A stretch of DNA of 64,000 nucleotides from Thermoplasmatales archaeon SM1-50 (lineage in GTDB: Archaea > Thermoplasmatota > E2 > DHVEG-1), in NCBI GenBank assembly GCA_001595945.1, contig LSSI01000089.1, positions 453-64,452 on the forward strand, in the 5' to 3' direction. The notes under the pieces were generated by a model, which saw only the letters and a program-made list of their open reading frames with translations, was not told the origin of the DNA and searched no databases. Each line of letters opens with the position of its first letter. Position 1 is the first letter of the stretch. The position numbers were made by a program, and so were the translations under genes. Shown here piece by piece: positions 30,847 through 40,669 of this stretch.

Positions 30847-31953
30847 ATGATAGACAAGCGATTAGAGAAATATGCTGATATCTTAGTGCGGTATTCATTA
30901 GGGTTAAAGAAAAACGATCTATTTGTCATATCAGGCAGTTTTCTTGCTGCCCCTTTAATTAAAGAGGTGTATCAACAAGCAATAGAAATTGGCGCCCATC
31001 CCTTCACTCATATCGGTATCGATGGTTTGGCAGAGATTTTTTATAAATACTCCTCAGAAAAACAGCTCAAATACGTTTCTCCTCTAAATAAATTCGAAAT
31101 ACAGCAGATAGACACCAGTCTTTCCATCATCAGCCCTGAGAACACGAGAAACATGACTAACATCGACCCAAAAAAACAGGCGATCAGCAGTGTAGCTCAT
31201 CAAGAAATTCATCAGATTTTTCTTAAAAGAGCTGCAAAAAAACAACTGCACTGGTGCGTGACTCAGTATCCCACTCAGGCGGCAGCACAAGATGCTGAGA
31301 TGTCACTTTCTGATTATGAGAATTTTATTTTTAATGCTGCGCATGTGCATGCAAAGGACCCAATAAAATACTGGAGAAATGTTCACAAAGAGCAAGAGAC
31401 AATACGAAAACTACTGAGCACAAAAAAGAGCCTGCATGTTTTTGCCAAAGACACTGATCTTTGTGTTTCTGTTCTAGGAAGGAAATGGATAAACTGCTCG
31501 GGAAGGGAGAATTTTCCAGACGGTGAGGTCTTCACCGGGCCAGTCGAGACCTCAGCAGAGGGATACATCAGCTATTCGTTCCCAGGATCCTATGCCGGCC
31601 GTGAGGTCAATGACATCCAACTCTGGTTCAAGAAGGGCGTTGTAGTGAAAGCAACAGCATCAAAATCAGAACCGTTTCTTCGCACTATGCTTGCCATGGA
31701 TCCTGGTGCAAAACGCCTCGGTGAGTTTGCGTTTGGGACCAACAATGGGATAAAAAGATATACAAAGAACACCTTGTTTGATGAGAAGATCGGTGGGACG
31801 ATTCATCTTGCAGTGGGAAGTGGATACCCTGAGACTGGTAGTAAAAATAAATCTAGTCTGCATTGGGATATGGTCTGTGACCTGCGGAAAAATGGGGAAG
31901 TCTATGCGGATAACGAATTGATTTACAAGAATGGACGATTTCTGCATAGTTAA
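30847..31953 (+). CDS. M29 aminopeptidase (AmpS/aminopeptidase T type)
   Basis: KYADILVRYS, NFPDGEVFTGP, LGEFAFG, LFDEKIGGTIHLAVG, HWDMV. Confidence 0.93.
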   Translation: MIDKRLEKYADILVRYSLGLKKNDLFVISGSFLAAPLIKEVYQQAIEIGAHPFTHIGIDGLAEIFYKYSSEKQLKYVSPLNKFEIQQIDTSLSIISPENTRNMTNIDPKKQAISSVAHQEIHQIFLKRAAKKQLHWCVTQYPTQAAAQDAEMSLSDYENFIFNAAHVHAKDPIKYWRNVHKEQETIRKLLSTKKSLHVFAKDTDLCVSVLGRKWINCSGRENFPDGEVFTGPVETSAEGYISYSFPGSYAGREVNDIQLWFKKGVVVKATASKSEPFLRTMLAMDPGAKRLGEFAFGTNNGIKRYTKNTLFDEKIGGTIHLAVGSGYPETGSKNKSSLHWDMVCDLRKNGEVYADNELIYKNGRFLHS

Positions 31954-31981
31954 AATTATTTTCTTTTCTTTTTTTCAATTT

Positions 31982-32011
31982 TTCAGCAAATATTTATTCA
32001 GCAAATATTTA
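31982..32011 (+). repeat. 15-bp tandem duplication TTCAGCAAATATTTA x2 in a promoter region
   Basis: Exact copies at 31982-31996 and 31997-32011. Confidence 0.85.
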
Positions 32012-32078
32012 AATAGATTATTAATATATCATTGTAAGAGATAAAAAATTAGAGTTATTAATAATTAGGAGGAAGATT

Positions 32079-33881
32079 ATGAAGAAGTTTAATAAAAAAA
32101 ATTTCATTTGCAAAGCCATGTTTTCTTTGGCAATTGCAGGTCTCTTTATCATCCCTGGATCTGCAGAATATATTATAAGAACACAAGGTCATGTTCCCCA
32201 TATAATGAATAGTGGAGGATCGATCATCTATGTTGATGACGATAACACCCAAGGGCCATGGAACGGAAGCATGGAATATCCTTATCAATTCATCCAGGAT
32301 GGGATTGACCATGCTATTGCAGGGGATACCATTTATGTCTTTAACGGCACTTATAAGGAAAATGTTGTTGTAAGTGCCTCACTTGAAATTATCGGTCACG
32401 ACAAAAACAACACGCTTATCACTGGCGATGGGTTTGGTACTGTTGTAAAAATCATCGCAGAGAACGTCACAATTCGTGGGTTTACTATCACCGGCTGCGG
32501 AAAAAATCCAAACAACGCAGGAGTCATGATTCACACACGCAATAACATCATTATCAACAATACCATACAAAAAAACAACTACTATGGACTCTATGTAATA
32601 GAAGCAAATAACACTATCTTTCATAACAATATCATCCAAAATACCTATCAGGTGTTTGACGTCATTGCAGGAAGCACATGGGATGGAGGATATCCAACGG
32701 GAGGCAACTACTGGAGCGACTATATCGGATCTGATGAAACCGAAGATGGGATTGGTGAAGACCCATATCCAACCGGTAATGGTTCTGCTGACGAATATCC
32801 ACTGATCAATCCCTACGGTTCTGTGTTCAATGAGGACACCGGAGAAATTTTCTTGGCAATCCAAGCAGCGATAGATGACTCCGATACACAGAACGGTCAT
32901 GTGATACAGGTGAAGAAGGGGGAATACTCAGAGCATGTCACGGTTAACAAATCACTGTTACTCAAAGGAGAAGATGCAAAAAATACTTTTATTGACGGAA
33001 GAGACATTGGCGATGTGGTAACCATTTGTGGAAATAATGTGCTTCTTGAAGGGTTTTTTATTCAGTATAGTGGAACAGAGGAATACAACGCAGGGATAAT
33101 GGTAAGTGGGAAGAATAACTCCGTTATGAGCAATATCATTTATCAGAATTTCCATGGTATAATACTGAAACATTCTGCAGAGGATACAATAATCTCTTAT
33201 AATCAGATTATGAAAAACAACTGGAATGGGATTACACTTGAAGCGGGATGTAAGGGTGCTTGTATCTTTGAAAATACGATCTCAAGTAACCTTTACGCAG
33301 GGATTGGGATATCCTGCGCATCATATAATTCCATCTATCATAACACCTTTATAACAAATCCCTATCAGGCCTATGATGATGCAACTAATATTTGGGATGA
33401 TGGCTATCCCTCTGGGGGGAACTATTGGGATGATTATACAGGCTCTGATGCTGATGGTGATGGGATTGGCGATACGCCCTATGAAATTCCTAATGGCATG
33501 AACATGGACCATTACCCTCTGATGGCACCTTACACGAACGAAGATACAATCCCACCTCAAATCACAATTATCTCACCGCGAAATGGGCTTTATCTCGCGG
33601 GCCTTCGTTTACTATCTCGGATGTTTCAGCAACGTACCTTGATCGTTGGGGCTATAACCATAGATGTAGACGCATCAGATGCTCAGTCTGGTATTGATAA
33701 AGTCCTATTTTTCATTGATGATACGTATGATCCGGTTTTTGTCGATACTCAAGCACCATATAGCTGGAAATGGTCACGACGAGGATCTCCACTGCAGCAT
33801 AAATTTACCATTATTGTTATTGCATACGACAAGGTAGGCAACCCCAATTACGATATGATTGTAGTAAAAAGATACCTCTAA
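32079..33881 (+). CDS. Secreted protein with two NosD-like parallel beta-helix modules and a C-terminal Ig-like domain
   Basis: Signal peptide; repeated IQ(D/A)xID..GxYxE, WDxGYPxGGNYWxDY and DGIGxxPY. Confidence 0.85.
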   Translation: MKKFNKKNFICKAMFSLAIAGLFIIPGSAEYIIRTQGHVPHIMNSGGSIIYVDDDNTQGPWNGSMEYPYQFIQDGIDHAIAGDTIYVFNGTYKENVVVSASLEIIGHDKNNTLITGDGFGTVVKIIAENVTIRGFTITGCGKNPNNAGVMIHTRNNIIINNTIQKNNYYGLYVIEANNTIFHNNIIQNTYQVFDVIAGSTWDGGYPTGGNYWSDYIGSDETEDGIGEDPYPTGNGSADEYPLINPYGSVFNEDTGEIFLAIQAAIDDSDTQNGHVIQVKKGEYSEHVTVNKSLLLKGEDAKNTFIDGRDIGDVVTICGNNVLLEGFFIQYSGTEEYNAGIMVSGKNNSVMSNIIYQNFHGIILKHSAEDTIISYNQIMKNNWNGITLEAGCKGACIFENTISSNLYAGIGISCASYNSIYHNTFITNPYQAYDDATNIWDDGYPSGGNYWDDYTGSDADGDGIGDTPYEIPNGMNMDHYPLMAPYTNEDTIPPQITIISPRNGLYLAGLRLLSRMFQQRTLIVGAITIDVDASDAQSGIDKVLFFIDDTYDPVFVDTQAPYSWKWSRRGSPLQHKFTIIVIAYDKVGNPNYDMIVVKRYL

Positions 33882-33938
33882 CGAATATGAGGTTCATTAC
33901 CATAAAAAACAAATCCCCCCTCTCTGTTATTCCACACA

Positions 33939-34406
33939 ATGAAACTGCTATGTGATCACATGCTTGGTTCACTTGCGAAATGGCTCCGTATTTTTGGTTT
34001 TGACACGATCTATCCTGATTCAACAACAGACGACGAAGCTGTCTTGCGGATTGCCAAAAATGAAAAACGACTGCTTATTTCCCGTGATAAAGAATTAATC
34101 CAAAGAGCAAAAAAAGCGCGCATCAGTGTTCTTGGGGTAAAAACAACGAACCTCATCGAACAATTAAGTCAGGTTCTTACAACAATACCGATTAATGAAA
34201 AAAATATTTTGACTCGCTGTACCCTATGCAATACTCCTCTTCTCTCTGTGGAAAAAAAGAATATTAAGGAACATATTCCTGAAAAGGTTTTTAAAACCCG
34301 AAATGAATTCTGGCTATGCTCTGTCTGTCATAAATATTATTGGATGGGTACGCATTATGAGAACATGATGGAAAAAATCAATAAACTTCTTCACGGTCCA
34401 TCATAA
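33939..34406 (+). CDS. Mut7-C RNase domain protein
   Basis: DHMLGSLAKWLRIFGFDT, RLLISRD, RCTLCN, CSVC..YWMGTH. Confidence 0.92.
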   Translation: MKLLCDHMLGSLAKWLRIFGFDTIYPDSTTDDEAVLRIAKNEKRLLISRDKELIQRAKKARISVLGVKTTNLIEQLSQVLTTIPINEKNILTRCTLCNTPLLSVEKKNIKEHIPEKVFKTRNEFWLCSVCHKYYWMGTHYENMMEKINKLLHGPS

Positions 34407-34409
34407 AAA

Positions 34410-34706
34410 TTATATCATATGGACGATTTGAGCATGCGGGATTCCCTTGATTTTAAGAATACAGCGAGGATCAACCAACCCAAGGCTGATCGCGCAAGCC
34501 ACAGTCTCTTTCCCAACAAGGTTAGCAATGGTTGCATCAAAAAGGAATTTCTCCAAGGTTTTCTTATCGATTCGCTCCCCGTCATAAAAGTGCTTTGCGA
34601 CATCGATTTGAAATTTTCCTTTCCGGAATTTCTTGCCTAAGAGCTGTTCGTCACAAGCGCTGATGACAACGTCATCACCTTGTCGGTAGACTTTGACGCT
34701 AATCAT
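34410..34706 (-). CDS. DUF424 family protein
   Basis: VISACDEQLLGK, FYDGE, ATIANLVG, GIPHAQ; start set at MISVKV. Confidence 0.88.
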   Translation of the reverse strand: MISVKVYRQGDDVVISACDEQLLGKKFRKGKFQIDVAKHFYDGERIDKKTLEKFLFDATIANLVGKETVACAISLGLVDPRCILKIKGIPHAQIVHMI

Positions 34707-34824
34707 GATTGTACGATTCCCTTTGTTTACTGTCGCTATGTCTCTATTAGGGTCTTCTGTTTTATATGGATTTCGAAAAAAAGGGGACAAAAGGAATGGT
34801 CAAACACAATTTCTTTTTATCAGT

Positions 34825-34980
34825 TCACTGAAAAAAGAGTATTAGAAGAAGACCAGTAACGATCAGGAGGCAGGCGATTGTGAATTCCACACGTTTCGTT
34901 TTTGCTGTACGTGTTGTCCTTTTCCCGATCATAGGGCAGCAGATACTTGTCATATCGTTTCTTCGCAAGATCATTTTCAT
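34825..34980 (-). CDS. Small protein (51 aa) with C-terminal TM helix, not in the ORF track
   Basis: GTGAGGA upstream; MKMILRRNDMTSICCPMIGKRTTRTAKTKRVEFTIACLLIVTGLLLILFFQ*. Confidence 0.5.
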   Translation of the reverse strand: MKMILRRNDMTSICCPMIGKRTTRTAKTKRVEFTIACLLIVTGLLLILFFQ

Positions 34981-35158
34981 AGGAGTTCCTCACTATGTAC
35001 CTTTGCCTATCACGTTATAAAGGACTTGTTGTACAACTCATACCGATTTTCCATTAAAACAGCGTTTTTCCACTACAATATTCAAGAAAAAAGAACGGGA
35101 ACATTTACGCCGGATTTTTTCCTTAAAAATAAATCGTTAACTTTTTTAGAGAATCTTT

Positions 35159-36430
35159 CTACCGATTCACCTCGATTTCTTCGAGTTCCTTCACTTTCGT
35201 CTCATAGGGATGGAACAAAACCACAACAACGATCGCAAGGATCATCAGTAGTCCTCCAACGACCCAGAACCATTCCATGGTGGGGTTTGCTTCCAACATC
35301 ACAGCTGCAATCACCGGTCCGACGACATATGAGATACGCGCAACGGTCGTTGTCCATCCAAGACAGGCACCTCTCCGTTCCGTTGGGAAGATCTCAGGGA
35401 TATACACGATGACCCAGGCATATGCGAATGCAATGAAAAATCCTGTCAGAGCACCCCAAATTGGCAGTAGAGCTACTGGTCCAAATGCCATTAGAAACAA
35501 TGAGAGAGCAAACCCTGTTGCTCCGGTGATAAATCCTATTTTTCTCCCTATTTTATCCATCACATACCCGCTGGCGATGCCACCAATAATCATCATGATC
35601 CCCGAAGCAAGAAAGACCATGAGCCATTCATTCCGAGCATACCCATGGATTTCCATGAAGTAATACCCCATCCAGCGGATTATAAGAAGAGAGTTAATTA
35701 ACCAACACAGCCAAATTACTGCAGAGAAAAAGATATATTTTATGTCACCTCGATTGATTGACCCGAGTCCAAAGAAATGCTTTTTCAATTTTCCTGATTT
35801 ACGTTCTTCTTTAATTTCTTCATACCGTCCAGTTTCCTTCATGAACACCCAAAAGACAAGCACGGGTATCATGAAGAAAAACATGATCCCGTAAATCCAT
35901 TTCCATCCAAGTGTTGGAATGACATAGAGAGGAATGATTGCTGAGAGGGGAAATAGTCCTATCACATACACAATGGAGCTGAGTTCCGCACGTTTTTTTG
36001 CTGGTGCTTCCTCACTAATTGGAATTGTCCACATGTTTGATACTGTTGTAAAGGTCACGATTGCATAGAAGATCATGAAGAGATGAAACGTTGGGGTGAA
36101 GAATACGATAGCCAGTGATGACAAACCCATGATTAGGATAAGAAGAAGGATTGAAAATTTTCTCCCGATGATATCAACTAGTCCATTGAGTGCGAAAATG
36201 AAGAACGTTGGAACCAGATACAATGCCTCCCACCATGAGAACTGCGAGGCGCTGATTGCATATTCATCAAGGATAGAATTCATGAAGGTGATGGGAACCA
36301 TGGAGAGGTATTGATCCATAATGGCGACAAGCCCCATGAACAATACAAGATAGATGATATATCGTTTCGACCGTGCTTGTATCCCACCACTTATCTTATG
36401 CTGTTCTGACCGCTCCATGGAAAGACTCAT
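35159..36430 (-). CDS. MFS transporter
   Basis: About 12 TM segments, DIIGRK and DKIGRK motif A, EIFPTERRG; overlaps the upstream gene by 4 nt (ATGA). Confidence 0.92.
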   Translation of the reverse strand: MSLSMERSEQHKISGGIQARSKRYIIYLVLFMGLVAIMDQYLSMVPITFMNSILDEYAISASQFSWWEALYLVPTFFIFALNGLVDIIGRKFSILLLILIMGLSSLAIVFFTPTFHLFMIFYAIVTFTTVSNMWTIPISEEAPAKKRAELSSIVYVIGLFPLSAIIPLYVIPTLGWKWIYGIMFFFMIPVLVFWVFMKETGRYEEIKEERKSGKLKKHFFGLGSINRGDIKYIFFSAVIWLCWLINSLLIIRWMGYYFMEIHGYARNEWLMVFLASGIMMIIGGIASGYVMDKIGRKIGFITGATGFALSLFLMAFGPVALLPIWGALTGFFIAFAYAWVIVYIPEIFPTERRGACLGWTTTVARISYVVGPVIAAVMLEANPTMEWFWVVGGLLMILAIVVVVLFHPYETKVKELEEIEVNR

Positions 36431-37434
36431 TCTCCGAAAACAATACCTTTAGTGTTAGATAATTCAATTGTTGGGGTTTTTGATTTATGTTTTTTGCGTA
36501 CCATTTTATCATAGGCTTCTTTTCCCCCGGCGTCCTCGATAATTTTTCTGCCTGCAGCATTCTGACGTTGAATACTAATATTGACACGTTCCATAGAGCC
36601 AGGGGCCAGTTTTTTTAATATTTTAGTTCCTATACCTAAGCCATAGGGGATCGATTCCATCGTCTGGGTTGTTCCCGGCAGGGCAAAGAACCAGATGCCA
36701 AGAGACCCCTCACCAAAATGTGTGATCGGGATGCCGCCTGCTGCTTGTCGCTCAGCGGTGGGTCCGACATGCGCAGGTATCCATTTTCCATCAATAAAGG
36801 CTTCTCCTTCCCCTTCCATCATAAAAAACCCCATTTGATCGTACCATTTTTTTACTAAGGGATCCGATCCAACCATCGCATCGTACCATGTTTGAATCAT
36901 GTTCATTGCAAACGTCTTATACCGTGCCTTGATTCCAGCGCACCGACACAATGCGATGAACACTGAGATTAAATGAAAACAGGTTCCTGTACCACGACGT
37001 ATCGTCTCCTCAATGGAGTCCATCTGACAAATTTCTAAATCAAGTTTTTCTTTGACGAATTTAAAGGCAGCTTTTGCGAATTCATAGTCTGTTTTTTGAA
37101 ATGCACCAAGGTGATAAGCAAGAGCAACGACCTCAGGAGTGCACGGATTACAATATAGGGTGGGTCTGAGGTATTTCTCATTTGTCGCACCACATCGCAT
37201 CCCTTCTGTATACAGCGGTAATTCATAGGGTCGTTTTGGTCTCACATATCGTTCCTCGGAACCCTGAATTGTCCGGAGTTTTTTCAAATCACCGGGGTTG
37301 GAAAGTAACACCTTGCTTAACGAAAGGCTACCACCAATCAGCAGTTTCAGATAAGTTCCATGGGGGATGTATTCTCTCTCTTTCATCTCTCGGAAACTTA
37401 ACATATCAGTATGCCCCAGAAAGGTAAGGAGCAT
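36427..37434 (-). CDS. Cytoplasmic transglutaminase-like protein
   Basis: YLRPTLYC, GTCFHLISVFIALCRCAGIKARY, EAFIDGKWIPAH. Confidence 0.85.
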   Translation of the reverse strand: MLLTFLGHTDMLSFREMKEREYIPHGTYLKLLIGGSLSLSKVLLSNPGDLKKLRTIQGSEERYVRPKRPYELPLYTEGMRCGATNEKYLRPTLYCNPCTPEVVALAYHLGAFQKTDYEFAKAAFKFVKEKLDLEICQMDSIEETIRRGTGTCFHLISVFIALCRCAGIKARYKTFAMNMIQTWYDAMVGSDPLVKKWYDQMGFFMMEGEGEAFIDGKWIPAHVGPTAERQAAGGIPITHFGEGSLGIWFFALPGTTQTMESIPYGLGIGTKILKKLAPGSMERVNISIQRQNAAGRKIIEDAGGKEAYDKMVRKKHKSKTPTIELSNTKGIVFGE

Positions 37435-37639
37435 ATATTCTTTTCCAAATGAAATTTTTTTACAAGAAGAGATACCCCTCTGCGATGAACGTTTTTGTGA
37501 CAGAAAGAACGTGCCTCATTGACATCCATCTCATCAATAAGATACTCAATCAGGGAGGTTTCATATCAAGGTGTTACGTCGACCGACCAGTTCACTCCGC
37601 TACCTTGAGGGAAAAGATATGCCTCCATCAGGCTTGATC

Positions 37640-37859
37640 TGATAGATTCTAGTTCATAGGTACGACCATGTAATCAGGTTAACGTCGTATTCCATGTTAC
37701 AGCGCTGTCTCGAGACCGAGGTTTGAGAAAAACGTTGTTTGAAATCGATTACGAGTGGTCGTTATCATCTTCAAAAGAACAAACAATACTGCTGTTCATA
37801 GCTCTTTTCGGGATGGATGGAATCATTTCTTTTCGATTAAGTCCCAACAGTGTCAGCAT
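37640..37859 (-). pseudogene. Eroded 5' remnant of a second transglutaminase-like gene
   Basis: Fragments MLTLLG, FFSNLG and RTYEL (more than one frame, interrupted by stops) fall at about the same codon positions as MLLTFLG, LLSNPG and RPYEL in 36427..37434. Confidence 0.45.
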
Positions 37860-37865
37860 ATGCTA

Positions 37866-39242
37866 TTAATCCTTTCCGAGATCCGCAGAAAGCATCCGGC
37901 GGATTTCCTCGGCGCACCCGCGGATTTCTGCGCCGGTCACCCGTTTGATCTCCGGTTCAAGTACTGGGCCAGGGCGGTCACAGACCGGGCAATGCTCCAG
38001 CATTCGAACTTGGTCCCCTGACATGAGGAATCCGGGGTAGCTGAATGCAGCTGCATCCAGGAACGCATAGCGTCCCCATTCCCTGTATCCAATTGGCTTG
38101 TTTTCTTTATCAAGCACCAATGGTTTATAATAATTATAAGGGGCATGAAGGTAATGGCCTTCCGGGCAATGTGTCAGCCAGCCGTTTCCTTCCACCATGC
38201 CGTACAGATCGACACAGAATTTCTCTGGGATGCCAAGGATTTTTTCGACTTGTTTACGGAATTCGACGACCGGGACGCGGACACCTTCGTATGCCTTCCA
38301 TCCACCACCTGTGGCAATCCCACCACGTTCCCCGAAATCAAAGGCGCGGCCTTCTTTCTCGAGCTTCTTCATTACAAAGGAAAGGATGAATGGCGCGCCG
38401 ACAATCGCGATTTTGTGTGTGTTTTTTTCATGGGACTCCAGCCAGCGAATGATGTCATCGATCATTTTTTTGGATTGCCGTTTTGCGGCTAATTTAACGA
38501 TGGAGCTTTTGATGCCCTTCTGATTGGTCATGGTCATCTGGATGAGTTCTGTGGTGATTTCCCGGTCAATCGCGACTTGGACGTCCTGAATCGCATCGAA
38601 ATAGATGGTGCAGACTTTTCCGGCATACACATTGGTTTTTTTCGGGTTTGGCATCAACAGGTACCCATAAAGACTTGGATCCCATAAAGGATAGACCATG
38701 GAAATAACGGATTTTGCTGCGGCAAATTCGGAGGTGTAATAGGTGCGTTGATCCCTCGGGATAAAGGTGTGTCGACCGCTGGTTCCACTGCTGTAGGCGA
38801 CCGCCATTCCTGCTTGGTTGAAGGCGTTGATGACTTCATCGTAGGTCGGGTTTTTCTGGGGAATCACAATCCTGGGGAGTGGTCCGGTGAAAATGTTTCC
38901 CAGCCAGGTTGCAAAATCACGTCCAGTTGGGTAATCTTTATAGAAGGTTTCAGGGATGAGTGGGATTTTCTCTAAATCATCATTGGTGTGAATGTCGGTG
39001 GGGGAGAAATTTCGTTCTTTGCAGAAATTCTGATAGAATTTGTTGTTGTTATATTGGTAGGTGAAGGTATGTTTTATGGATTTGAGTTGCATCTCCTTAG
39101 CTTCTTTGAGGGGGACCCGGTAGAGGTCTATCGTTTTATAGATAGCATCATCCGCTGGTGTCCAGATATCTGATGATGGAAAATATTTTTGCAGTTGAGT
39201 ATGTAACTGTTTCATGTAGGTTGTGAAATCTGGTGTTGCCAT
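37866..39242 (-). CDS. LuxE/PaaK-like acyl-protein synthetase (adenylate-forming)
   Basis: SSGTSG P-loop, TGGGWK, DLYGMVEGN, SYPGF..GD, R..GAEIRGC. Confidence 0.85.
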   Translation of the reverse strand: MATPDFTTYMKQLHTQLQKYFPSSDIWTPADDAIYKTIDLYRVPLKEAKEMQLKSIKHTFTYQYNNNKFYQNFCKERNFSPTDIHTNDDLEKIPLIPETFYKDYPTGRDFATWLGNIFTGPLPRIVIPQKNPTYDEVINAFNQAGMAVAYSSGTSGRHTFIPRDQRTYYTSEFAAAKSVISMVYPLWDPSLYGYLLMPNPKKTNVYAGKVCTIYFDAIQDVQVAIDREITTELIQMTMTNQKGIKSSIVKLAAKRQSKKMIDDIIRWLESHEKNTHKIAIVGAPFILSFVMKKLEKEGRAFDFGERGGIATGGGWKAYEGVRVPVVEFRKQVEKILGIPEKFCVDLYGMVEGNGWLTHCPEGHYLHAPYNYYKPLVLDKENKPIGYREWGRYAFLDAAAFSYPGFLMSGDQVRMLEHCPVCDRPGPVLEPEIKRVTGAEIRGCAEEIRRMLSADLGKD

Positions 39243-39412
39243 GTATGCTCCTCAGGGCTGATACTGTTTTTTGTAAAAACTCTCCTTAGGAGTTTGGTCA
39301 AAGAAACAATGGTCTCTTTATATTTTTTCGGTATGAATGTTCTTCTGCGATAGTTTCAGTGAACCTGAACCAAGGGTTAAAAACACTAGGGGTCTATTGG
39401 GAAGAGTAATGT

Positions 39413-40528
39413 ATGCCAAAAACAGGAGTTGCGAGTCTTCCATTGCATCCCGGGAGAGCACCTCGATGGTTGTTCACACGTATGGTCGCGCTTTCTAAGG
39501 GGATTGCTGAGGTGCTTGTGTATGAGTATGGGACCGATGAGGTGTTACGACGCTTATCTGATCCTTTCTGGTTTCAGGCGTTTTCCTGTGTCTTGGGTTA
39601 TGACTGGCATTCCTCAGGAACGACCACGGTCACCTGTGGAGCATTAAAAGAAGCACTCAACTCATTAGACCTTGGGATTACGGTGTGTGGGGGTAAGGGG
39701 AAGACGTCTCGGAATACGCTTGCTGAGATTGCCACATCCGGTGAGCAGTATCACCTGTCAAGTGCGATGGTGAAGCGGCTGCAGTATTGCAGTCGTATGG
39801 CAGCAAAAGTGGATAACACCGCGATTCAGGATGGTCACACCTTGTATCATCATGTGTTTCTGTTATCTGCAGATAAGAAATGGGCTGTGATTCAGCAGGG
39901 GATGAATAATGATACGGGGTATGCACGTCGGTACCATTGGCTCTCTGAGGATGTCACAAGTTTCATTTGTGAGCCGCACAATGCGATCGTTGGTGATGAT
40001 CGACAGGAGTATGTGCTAGATATGACTGCGAAATACAGTCGTTCAACCCAGCAGGTGTCTGTGGATCTGGTGAATGATCATCCCTCGCATTTGCAGCAGG
40101 ATTGGGCGAGACTGACCCGCCATGCGGCGCAACACACTTTGGATGAGTGGATGTCTCCCTCCTTGTACAACCAGGTGTATTCGCATCTGGCGATGCCGCG
40201 GACCATCAACTGGCAGAAGATGAAGGCGATCTATGATGTGCATCCTCGGAATTATGAGGAGCTGCTGGCGTTGAAAGGCGTTGGTCCAAACACCGTACGT
40301 GCCTTGGCATTGATCTCAGATCTCATTTATAATGAGACCCCCTCATGGGAGGATCCGGTGCGGTTTAGTTTCACGGTAGGCGGGAAAGATGGTGTTCCTT
40401 ACCCTGTAAATCGGAAAGCAATTGATGAAGCAACAGAAATGATTCGACAGAGTGTTGAACAAGCGAAAATAGGTGAAAAGGAAAAAATATCGGCATTACA
40501 GCGATTAAAAGAGTATCTCCCTCGGTAG
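39413..40528 (+). CDS. DUF763 family protein
   Basis: LPLHPGRAPRWLF, RLSDPFWFQA, DWHSSGTT, KVDNTAIQDG, VGGKDGVPYPV. Confidence 0.9.
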   Translation: MPKTGVASLPLHPGRAPRWLFTRMVALSKGIAEVLVYEYGTDEVLRRLSDPFWFQAFSCVLGYDWHSSGTTTVTCGALKEALNSLDLGITVCGGKGKTSRNTLAEIATSGEQYHLSSAMVKRLQYCSRMAAKVDNTAIQDGHTLYHHVFLLSADKKWAVIQQGMNNDTGYARRYHWLSEDVTSFICEPHNAIVGDDRQEYVLDMTAKYSRSTQQVSVDLVNDHPSHLQQDWARLTRHAAQHTLDEWMSPSLYNQVYSHLAMPRTINWQKMKAIYDVHPRNYEELLALKGVGPNTVRALALISDLIYNETPSWEDPVRFSFTVGGKDGVPYPVNRKAIDEATEMIRQSVEQAKIGEKEKISALQRLKEYLPR

Positions 40529-40669
40529 TCAAATATATTATCCTATGATTTTAAAGAAAAATGCAAATTATGAACAATTTGCTTATGATGATACTTCTTG
40601 CCACTCGTTGGATAGTTTTATAAGACCCTGGATGTATCTAATTATAGAATTGTTATAGGGGGATATACC

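Noticed and set aside
37749-37859. RiPP precursor peptide
   Set aside because: Better explained as the eroded 5' end of a transglutaminase paralog
37866-39242. Bioluminescence (lux) operon
   Set aside because: No luxA/B, luxC or luxD recognised; LuxE-like ligases are widespread outside luminescence
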